NCBI RefSeq assembly: GCF_000195755.1
Contig: NC_005863.1
Coordinates: forward strand, 150,001-182,000
DNA from: Nitratidesulfovibrio vulgaris str. Hildenborough
Lineage (GTDB): Bacteria; Desulfobacterota; Desulfovibrionia; Desulfovibrionales; Desulfovibrionaceae
DNA length: 32,000 nucleotides
Direction: 5' to 3'
Numbering within the stretch: position 1 is the stretch's first letter; every line of letters starts with the position of its first letter. This document shows positions 8,959 through 15,322 of the stretch, one piece after another. Both the position numbers and the translations under genes were made by a program. The notes under the pieces were generated by a model. The model was not told the origin of the DNA, ran no database searches, and worked only from the letters and a program-made list of their open reading frames with translations.

Positions 8959-9453
8959 ATGGCCCGCGCCGCCTATCCGCTGCAACCGCTGCTCGACGTA
9001 CGGCACTTCCGCGAGAACGCGGCGGCAGGGGCGTTGCGCCTTGCCGAACGCGCCCTGCGCGAGGCCGAGGACGACGAACAGCGTCGGCGCGACGAACTGG
9101 CGGCCTACCGCGCATGGCGGCCCGACGAGGAAGAGAGACGCTACGACGCCATCATGGGGCAGGTCATGGCCCTCGCCGACCTCGACCGCTTCAAGGCGGG
9201 GCTGGCGGCCCTCGCACAGGGTGAACTGCTGCGCGAGGAGGAGGTTCGCACGGCGGAACGCGCCACCGAAGCCTGCCGCAAGGCGGTGCTCGCCGCGCGC
9301 GAGGCTGCGGCGCAGGCACGGCGCGACACCATGAAGATAGCCACGCACCGCGACATCTGGCGCGAGGCGGCACGGCGCGAGGCCGAACGGCTTGAAGACC
9401 TCGAGATGGAAGAGTTCAGAACGCCCCCCTCACCGGAGGGCGACGACCTGTGA
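8959..9453 (+). CDS. sctO: T3SS stalk protein SctO (YscO/FliJ-like coiled coil)
   Basis: It is a 164-aa, Arg/Glu/Ala-rich coiled coil directly downstream of sctN. Confidence 0.7.
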   Translation: MARAAYPLQPLLDVRHFRENAAAGALRLAERALREAEDDEQRRRDELAAYRAWRPDEEERRYDAIMGQVMALADLDRFKAGLAALAQGELLREEEVRTAERATEACRKAVLAAREAAAQARRDTMKIATHRDIWREAARREAERLEDLEMEEFRTPPSPEGDDL

Positions 9454-9483
9454 CCACGATGACGCGTGAAACGGCGGGAACAC

Positions 9484-10158
9484 ATGGCTGATTTTCTGAA
9501 GATCGACGCGGAACGGCTCGACCGTGCCGTCGCCCACGAAGAGGGACGCAAGACGCCACCTTCATCGCAGGAGGTGGATGCCTTCGACCGGGTCATGCAG
9601 CGCCCCGGCGACGAACGGCAGAACGGCTCTCATGACGGCATGGAGGGCGACGGTGATACGGGCGCGGATGGCGCCCCCGATACCGGTACCGACACCCTGC
9701 CCGGTGCCACGGCCTCGCCGTTCCAGTTGCTGGGCGGGGCCATGCAGGGCCTGCTCACCCTGCACGGCGCAGAGGCGGCAGAGGGCGCACAGCAGCCCCA
9801 CGCCATGACCGACGCCGACAGCCTCGCCAGCACACTGGTCGAGCGCATCCTCGTCTCCTCGCCCGGTTCCGGCACTGCCGAGATTCGCATCATCCTCGGC
9901 GACGGCGTGCTGCCCGGTACCGAGATTCACCTCGCACGCGGGGCCGACGGCCTTCTCTCCGTCTCGCTACAGACCACCGACCCCGGCTCGTTCCAGAGTC
10001 TGGTCGCCGCCCGCGACGGGCTGCAACAGCGGCTGGAACGCCTCGAACAGGGGCAGGTGCGCGTGGAGGTGAGTCAGGAGGCGCGGCCCGACGACGGCGA
10101 CGCCGACCGCAGGTCGGCAGGCTACATGACGCAACAACCCGACGAGGAGCGACGCTAG
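9484..10158 (+). CDS. sctP: Needle-length/substrate-switch protein SctP (YscP-like, C-terminal T3S4 domain)
   Basis: It lies between sctO and sctQ. The C-terminal LVERILVSSPGSGTAEIRIILGDGVLPGTEIHLARGADGLLSVSLQ resembles the T3S4 domain of YscP/FliK. The start is ambiguous (GTG 9466 or ATG 9484). Confidence 0.6.
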   Translation: MADFLKIDAERLDRAVAHEEGRKTPPSSQEVDAFDRVMQRPGDERQNGSHDGMEGDGDTGADGAPDTGTDTLPGATASPFQLLGGAMQGLLTLHGAEAAEGAQQPHAMTDADSLASTLVERILVSSPGSGTAEIRIILGDGVLPGTEIHLARGADGLLSVSLQTTDPGSFQSLVAARDGLQQRLERLEQGQVRVEVSQEARPDDGDADRRSAGYMTQQPDEERR

Positions 10159-10159
10159 C

Positions 10160-11614
10160 GTGCCCACCACTCCCGCATCCGCCCCGCATCAGGGTAGTAC
10201 TCCCTCAAGTCAGGGCCACACGCCTCCAAGTCAGGGCCACACGCCTCCAAGTCAGGGCCACACGCCCGCGAGTTCAGGCGTCATTCCCGCGCTCAGGCCG
10301 CCACGGGTCTCTCCGGCGGCCACGGCCCTGCTCAACGTGCTGCACACCCGCAGCCAGCCGTGGCGCGTTCAGGCGGGCACCCTCGCCTGCGGTCTCTCTG
10401 TCCCGGTGGAACAGCTTCCGTTCGTTCCGGCGTACAGCTTCAGGCTGCTCATCGGTGACGCCTCGTGCCGTCTCGACGCCGGGGCGGGCCTGCCGGTGCA
10501 CAGCCACCCCGCGCTGGCGGGCGTGCAGGGCGACGTGGACCTGCCCGACGCCCTGCGGCTGGCCCTCGCCGAATTGCTTCTGGCCCCCCATTGCACCGCG
10601 CTGGCAACCCTTCTGGGCACCACCGTCCGGGCCGAGGCCATGGAGACGCCCCCGGCGGCCTCCACAGACGCCGCCCCCGGTGTGGCTTCGGGCACGAGTG
10701 CGGGGCACGATGCACCGCCCCCCGGCAGTTGCGCCGTGGTGCTTGCACTCTCCGTCCCGACAGGTGACACAAAGGGCGGCACGGCAGCTGGCGGGACGAC
10801 GCCCGCCCCGGATACCGGCGGTGATGGCGACAACCGCGACAGCGGCAGCGCGGGCCATACCGTCGTGCCCCTGCGGTTGACGCTGCCCGTGGCCCTTGCC
10901 ACCTCACTGGCGGCGCAACTCATGGCCCTGCCCGAACGCCACACCCCGCGCGAGGACATTCCCGTCACCGTCACCATCGAAGCCGGAAGGATGCGCCTTG
11001 CCGCGCATGAACTGGCGACGCTGGCCGTCGATGACGTGCTGCTGCCCGAAGACTACCCCGCCCTGCGCGGGCGCATCGCCCTCATGACAGGGCCGCACGC
11101 CTTCGCCTGCTCCCTGACCGAAGGGCGGGCCACCGTGCTCGACGCCACGCCCGCACCGAACACCCCGGAGTCACCCATGAGCGACCAGCAGACCCCCGAA
11201 GTCCCCGCAGGGCTGGATACCGCAGCCCTCGAAGTGGACATCGTCTTCGAACTCGAACGCCGCACCATGAAGCTGAACGACCTTGCGGCCCTCGCCCCCG
11301 GCTACACCTTCGCCCTCGGCACCGACCCCCTCGCCCCGGTGACGCTGCGGGTGCAGGGACGGAACATCGGGCGCGGGCGACTCGTCGACCTTGACGGTAC
11401 GCCCGGCGTGCAGGTGCTGCACCTTGAGAGCGCATCGCCCCATCAGGCAGACGGCGGCGGGGCAGCCGGTGCAGGAACCGGTACGGCTACGGGTGCAGGC
11501 ATGTCGGGCGGTGCTGGTGGCACGCCTACTGGCAGCGCGACAGCCGGAACGTCCACCGGCAGCACTGCCGGCGCGACCGCAAGGCCCCCCCTGTCCACGG
11601 GAGACGACGCGTGA
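10160..11614 (+). CDS. sctQ: Sorting-platform/C-ring protein SctQ (YscQ/SpaO family), with long low-complexity inserts
   Basis: The C-terminal SpoA/FliN-like domain reads EVDIVFELERRTMKLNDLAALAPGYTFALGTDPLAPVTLRVQGRNIGRGRLVDLDG. Its position before sctR fits the family. Confidence 0.8.
   Translation: MPTTPASAPHQGSTPSSQGHTPPSQGHTPPSQGHTPASSGVIPALRPPRVSPAATALLNVLHTRSQPWRVQAGTLACGLSVPVEQLPFVPAYSFRLLIGDASCRLDAGAGLPVHSHPALAGVQGDVDLPDALRLALAELLLAPHCTALATLLGTTVRAEAMETPPAASTDAAPGVASGTSAGHDAPPPGSCAVVLALSVPTGDTKGGTAAGGTTPAPDTGGDGDNRDSGSAGHTVVPLRLTLPVALATSLAAQLMALPERHTPREDIPVTVTIEAGRMRLAAHELATLAVDDVLLPEDYPALRGRIALMTGPHAFACSLTEGRATVLDATPAPNTPESPMSDQQTPEVPAGLDTAALEVDIVFELERRTMKLNDLAALAPGYTFALGTDPLAPVTLRVQGRNIGRGRLVDLDGTPGVQVLHLESASPHQADGGGAAGAGTGTATGAGMSGGAGGTPTGSATAGTSTGSTAGATARPPLSTGDDA
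10206..10268 (+). repeat. In-frame 21-bp tandem repeat x3 in the 5' part of sctQ
   Basis: CAAGTCAGGGCCACACGCCTC occurs at 10206, 10227 and 10248. The third copy has 2 mismatches. The repeats encode SQGHTPP x3. Confidence 0.9.
11177..11614 (+). CDS. Candidate internally translated SctQ-C (SpoA domain only), nested in frame within sctQ
   Basis: An in-frame ATG at 11177 is preceded by GGAG (11167-11170). It lies just upstream of the SpoA domain and would give 145 aa. Confidence 0.35.
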   Translation: MSDQQTPEVPAGLDTAALEVDIVFELERRTMKLNDLAALAPGYTFALGTDPLAPVTLRVQGRNIGRGRLVDLDGTPGVQVLHLESASPHQADGGGAAGAGTGTATGAGMSGGAGGTPTGSATAGTSTGSTAGATARPPLSTGDDA

Positions 11615-12261
11615 CAGGCGTAGCCCCACTGTATTTCATCGCGGGCATGGCCCTGCTGGGTCTTGCGCCGTTCTTCCTGATGATGGTCACCTCGTACGTG
11701 AAGATCGTGGTCGTCACCTCGCTGGTGCGCAACGCCCTCGGGGTGCAGCAGGTGCCGCCCACCATGGTCATGAACGGCCTCGCCATCATCCTGAGCATCT
11801 TCATCATGGCCCCGGTGGCCTCGGGCACCCTCGACCTCATGCAGAACATGAAGATCGGCCCCGACCCGGCCCCGCGTGAGATCATCGCCCTGCTGGACAA
11901 GGCCTCGCCCCCGCTGCGCGGCTTTCTCGAACGCAACGCCGACGACAAGGTCGTAACGGTGTTCATGAGCACCGCCAAGCGCATCTGGCCCGCCGACCAG
12001 CACGCCAGCATCTCGCGCGACAACCTGCTCATCCTCATTCCGTCGTTCACCATCTCCGAACTGACGCGGGCCTTCCAGATTGGCTTTCTGCTCTATCTGC
12101 CCTTCGTCGCCATCGACCTTGTCATCTCCAACATCCTGCTTGCCATGGGCATGATGATGGTCTCGCCCATGACCATATCGCTGCCCTTCAAGCTGCTTCT
12201 CTTCGTCACCCTCGACGGCTGGCTCAAGGTCAGTCAGGGGCTGCTTCTCAGTTACCGCTAG
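11611..12261 (+). CDS. sctR: T3SS export-apparatus protein SctR (YscR/FliP family)
   Basis: A FliP-family signature is present (FFLMMVTSYVKIVVVTSLVRNALGVQQVPP, GFLLYLPFVAIDLVISNILLAMGMMM). The GTG start overlaps the sctQ stop. Confidence 0.93.
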   Translation: MTGVAPLYFIAGMALLGLAPFFLMMVTSYVKIVVVTSLVRNALGVQQVPPTMVMNGLAIILSIFIMAPVASGTLDLMQNMKIGPDPAPREIIALLDKASPPLRGFLERNADDKVVTVFMSTAKRIWPADQHASISRDNLLILIPSFTISELTRAFQIGFLLYLPFVAIDLVISNILLAMGMMMVSPMTISLPFKLLLFVTLDGWLKVSQGLLLSYR

Positions 12262-12291
12262 CACGGGGCCGCGCGCCCCATCGGAGCCTCT

Positions 12292-12627
12292 ATGCAGATT
12301 GTCACCACTGAACGCGACGGCATCACCGTCATCTCCCTCACCGGGCGCATGGACGCCACCACCGTGGCCTCGTTCGACGAGGCATGGCGCACCTGCCTCG
12401 ACAACGGGGCGCGGCGCATCGTCGTCGACCTTGGCGGCGTGGAGTACATAAGCTCGGCGGGGCTGCGGGGCATCCTCTCGCTGCTCAAGGCGAGCAAGGC
12501 GGCGAAGGGCGGACTGGCCTTCTGCAATGTGGGACAGATGGTGGCAGAGGTGTTCCGCATCTCCGGCTTCACGTCGATGCTCGCCGTGTTCCCCGGTCTC
12601 GACGAGGCCCTCGCCTCTCTCGCCTAG
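12292..12627 (+). CDS. STAS-domain anti-sigma-factor antagonist (SpoIIAA/RsbV/BtrV-like)
   Basis: It is 111 aa, with ITVISLTGRMDATTVASFDE...IVVDLGGVEYISSAGLRGIL. This is a typical STAS fold, with the conserved phospho-acceptor Ser context ISSAGL. Confidence 0.85.
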   Translation: MQIVTTERDGITVISLTGRMDATTVASFDEAWRTCLDNGARRIVVDLGGVEYISSAGLRGILSLLKASKAAKGGLAFCNVGQMVAEVFRISGFTSMLAVFPGLDEALASLA

Positions 12628-12642
12628 CCGGAGGACGGACGC

Positions 12643-13059
12643 ATGGCCACCCTCTCTGTTCCGGCAAGCATCGAGCACCTCGCCACGGTCAACGCCTTCA
12701 TCGCCGAGCATATGCCCGAGCAGCATCGCGGCATCATCCCGCAGGTGGAGCTCACCGCCGAAGAACTGCTGGTGAACGTGTTCAGCTACGCCTACCCCGA
12801 CAGCCCCGGCAAGGCCGAGGTGGGCTGCCGTGTCGTGCTGTTCGACGACGCGCCCTTCTTCTGCCTCACCGTCAGGGACTGGGGCGCACCGTTCAACCCC
12901 TTCAGCGAGGCACCCACGCCCGACACCTCGCTGGATGTGGAGGAACGGCCCGTGGGCGGTCTCGGGGTGCATCTCATCAAGTCCATGGTGGGGCATTACA
13001 GCTACAGCCACCACGAGGCGTCGAACCACATCGAACTCTACTTCCCCCTCGGCGACTGA
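12643..13059 (+). CDS. Anti-sigma factor / serine protein kinase of the RsbW/SpoIIAB/BtrW type (HATPase_c)
   Basis: It is 138 aa. It has an N-box-like EELLVNVFSYAY, a G1-like VRDWGAPFNP and a G2-like GGLGVHLIKSM. It sits directly after the STAS gene. Confidence 0.8.
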   Translation: MATLSVPASIEHLATVNAFIAEHMPEQHRGIIPQVELTAEELLVNVFSYAYPDSPGKAEVGCRVVLFDDAPFFCLTVRDWGAPFNPFSEAPTPDTSLDVEERPVGGLGVHLIKSMVGHYSYSHHEASNHIELYFPLGD

Positions 13060-13069
13060 CGGGGGCACC

Positions 13070-14422
13070 ATGCACCACACCCGCGCCACGCATCCCCACC
13101 GCACCATGCCCGCCACGAAGCGGACATGGCCCGCGCTGGCGGGGTGCTGCGCGCTGGCGGTGCTGGTGCTCGGCCCGTGGGAGACGGTGACGGCGGAGAC
13201 GGGACAGCCCGCACTGTACGGCATCATCTCCGAAGAGGTGAACGTCTCTGAACGCCAGCCCGTGCGCCTTGTGCCGCATGGCCCCCTCGTGCGCGGTGCG
13301 ACGCCCGGTGCGGGCGGTGTGCCCGATGACTCCGATGTGCCCGGCGCAAACGTTGCGGGTGGCGCAAACGGCGCGGACAAGACGAACGGTACACCCGATG
13401 CGGACGGTGCGCCCCACGCCAACAGTGGGCATGGTGTGCATGGCGTAGATGGTCTGGATGACGCGGATGCAGCCACGGCCTCTGCCCGCGTCCCGGCGTC
13501 ATCCGCAGACGTCGCCTCCGGTCACGCCGAGACCACCACACCCCCGGCAGATACCGCCGGGGTGATGCCGCAAACGGCAGTGCCGCAACGACCTGCCCGC
13601 CCGGTACGGCCGGACGCACAGACCGCAACGCACAGCCCTGCGCCATCCGGCATCCCTCATGCCGTGGGCGATGGGGCACGGGTCGCACCTTCGGGAAGGG
13701 CGTCCGGCACCACGACGTCCCAACCGTCCGGCCCGGCTGCAAGACCGGCGGATGCCCCGGCAGCCGTGACGACGGCAACGCCTGCGTCCGCAACACGTTA
13801 CGGTACGACTTCCGGCACGGTGCACTCCATCCCGTCCGTCTCGCAACACGCTACCGCGTCCGTCTCGGAACACGCTACCGCGTCCGCATCGCAACACGCT
13901 ACCGCGTCTGTCTCGCAGCACGCCACAACCTCCGAGAACCTTCTCGACAGCATGGATGTCTACGCCCTCTCGCCCCACGCGGCGCGCCTCGCCCTGCCGC
14001 GCATGGTGCCGGTGGTCGTGGCGGAACGCCTGCGTGTGGCGCGTCCCGCCTTCCCCTTCTGGGAGTCTGCCATCGACAAGGCCAGCCGCACCCACGCCCT
14101 CGACCCGCGCCTCATCGCGGCGGTCATCAGGGCCGAATCGGGCTACGACCCCGGCGCGGTCTCGCCCCGCGGGGCACAGGGCGTCATGCAGATCATGCCC
14201 GCCACGCAACGTGAACTGGGACTCGACGACCCCTTCGACCCCGAAGCCAACGTCGAGGCCGGAAGCCGCTACCTCCGGCAGCAACTCGACCGCTTCGGCA
14301 GCCTCGAACTGGCGCTGGCGGCCTACAACGCAGGCCCCGGCAACGTGCTGAAATACGGCGGGATGCCCCCGTTCGACGAGACCCGCACCTTCGTGCGGCG
14401 CGTACTGGACGGCATGCGATGA
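13070..14422 (+). CDS. Secreted lytic transglycosylase (SLT domain) with a ~280-aa low-complexity N-terminal extension. It is likely the T3SS-specialised peptidoglycan hydrolase.
   Basis: The C-terminal SLT motifs are AVIRAESGYDPGAVSPRGAQGVMQIMPAT and LALAAYNAGPGNV. A signal-like MPATKRTWPALAGCCALAVLVLG is present. The start is ambiguous (13070 or 13106). Confidence 0.8.
   Translation: MHHTRATHPHRTMPATKRTWPALAGCCALAVLVLGPWETVTAETGQPALYGIISEEVNVSERQPVRLVPHGPLVRGATPGAGGVPDDSDVPGANVAGGANGADKTNGTPDADGAPHANSGHGVHGVDGLDDADAATASARVPASSADVASGHAETTTPPADTAGVMPQTAVPQRPARPVRPDAQTATHSPAPSGIPHAVGDGARVAPSGRASGTTTSQPSGPAARPADAPAAVTTATPASATRYGTTSGTVHSIPSVSQHATASVSEHATASASQHATASVSQHATTSENLLDSMDVYALSPHAARLALPRMVPVVVAERLRVARPAFPFWESAIDKASRTHALDPRLIAAVIRAESGYDPGAVSPRGAQGVMQIMPATQRELGLDDPFDPEANVEAGSRYLRQQLDRFGSLELALAAYNAGPGNVLKYGGMPPFDETRTFVRRVLDGMR
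13835..13930 (+). repeat. In-frame 24-bp tandem repeat x4 inside the transglycosylase gene
   Basis: Units of the form TCCGTCTCGCAACACGCTACCGCG start at 13835, 13859, 13883 and 13907. They diverge progressively and encode SVSQHATA-like octapeptides. Confidence 0.9.
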
Positions 14423-14778
14423 GCGCCGTCATGCACCACGGTGGGGGGCACCGTGCGCCCTTCGCGCCACGCCCCCACGGCATCCCAACGGGGCAGGCGT
14501 CCGGGCAGGCGTCCGGGCAGACGACAGGGCCGACCGCATCGACCGAACGGCATCACAGCCGACAGCACGGAACCGGACGGGGCACCACGCCACGGGAGGT
14601 CGCAATGCCACCGATGTCGGCACGACAGGCATCACTGCCAACGATGGTGGCACAGACGATGCGGCATTCCACGCACGTCCGCGCCATCCCGCACGCCTCA
14701 AACGCGACACATTTCAGGAATACACATGGTTACGACACCGCGCCACCCGCTGGCACGGAGATTGGAAAGCACTGGTAA
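14419..14778 (+). CDS. Doubtful His/Gly/Thr-rich hypothetical ORF. It may be non-coding regulatory DNA.
   Basis: Its ATGA overlap with the transglycosylase stop suggests translational coupling. Against it, the composition is low-complexity, third-position GC bias weakens in the 3' half, and no family is recognisable. Confidence 0.15.
   Translation: MSAVMHHGGGHRAPFAPRPHGIPTGQASGQASGQTTGPTASTERHHSRQHGTGRGTTPREVAMPPMSARQASLPTMVAQTMRHSTHVRAIPHASNATHFRNTHGYDTAPPAGTEIGKHW
14648..14662 (+). promoter_or_regulatory. Sigma54-type (-24/-12) promoter candidate 1
   Basis: TGGCACAGACGATGC keeps GG-N10-GC spacing. It lies ~135 bp upstream of the chaperone ATG. Confidence 0.3.
14751..14765 (+). promoter_or_regulatory. 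Sigma54-type (-24/-12) promoter candidate 2
   Basis: TGGCACGGAGATTGG matches TGGCACG-N4-TTGC except for the final C. It lies ~30 bp upstream of the chaperone ATG and just upstream of the AAGGAG RBS. Confidence 0.3.
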
Positions 14779-14795
14779 AAGCAAGGAGCGATGCG

Positions 14796-15263
14796 ATGAC
14801 CATTCGTGAAAACGCACAGCAGATTCTCGACGGGCTGGCCGAAACGCTTCAGTGCGGCCCTCTGGCCTTTGACGACGCCAACAAGGTCGATTTCGGCATC
14901 GATGAGGACATGGGCGCCATCATCTACCTCTCCGAAGACACGTCCAGCCTCGTGGTGAGCATCATCCCCGGCAGGGTCGACCCCGACGACACCGGGCTTC
15001 TCTACGACATCCTCTGCGGCAACTACATGTGGGGCTTCTCTGCGGGCGGCAACATGGGCATCGACCGCGAGACGGGCCTTCTGTCCATCCACCGTCTCAT
15101 CGAACTTCCCGTAGATGTGGCAGGCGACCCCATGGCCTTCCCTGAACTCTTCGCCGCCATGGTCGGCGCTGCACGGTACTGGCGCGCACGCCTCGCCCCC
15201 GAAGGCACGGCCCCCGCAGCCTCCGGCGCACCGACCGACTTCTCCGGCATGATCCGCATCTAA
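14796..15263 (+). CDS. Class I T3SS effector chaperone (CesT/SycE/SicP-like)
   Basis: It is 155 aa and acidic, with an AAGGAG RBS. The pattern LAFDDANKVDFGIDEDMGAIIYLSEDTSSLVVSIIPGRV...LLYDILCGNYMW...GIDRETGLLSIHRLIEL is typical of Tir-chaperone-family proteins. Confidence 0.7.
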   Translation: MTIRENAQQILDGLAETLQCGPLAFDDANKVDFGIDEDMGAIIYLSEDTSSLVVSIIPGRVDPDDTGLLYDILCGNYMWGFSAGGNMGIDRETGLLSIHRLIELPVDVAGDPMAFPELFAAMVGAARYWRARLAPEGTAPAASGAPTDFSGMIRI

Positions 15264-15322
15264 CAGCACCCACGAAGCCACCGCACGCACCGCTCACGGT
15301 AGCGCGCGACCATGGAGGAAGC

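Noticed and set aside
12830-13069. Upstream extension of the transglycosylase ORF to 12830 (530-aa version)
   Set aside because: The extension overlaps the well-supported RsbW-like kinase gene in another frame. The signal-peptide-like sequence begins only after 13070/13106.
14441-14809. 122-aa ORF in the alternative frame of the 14.4-14.8 kb spacer
   Set aside because: It is Arg/Pro/His-rich, has no RBS and runs into the chaperone start. It is even less gene-like than the already doubtful 14419-14778 frame.
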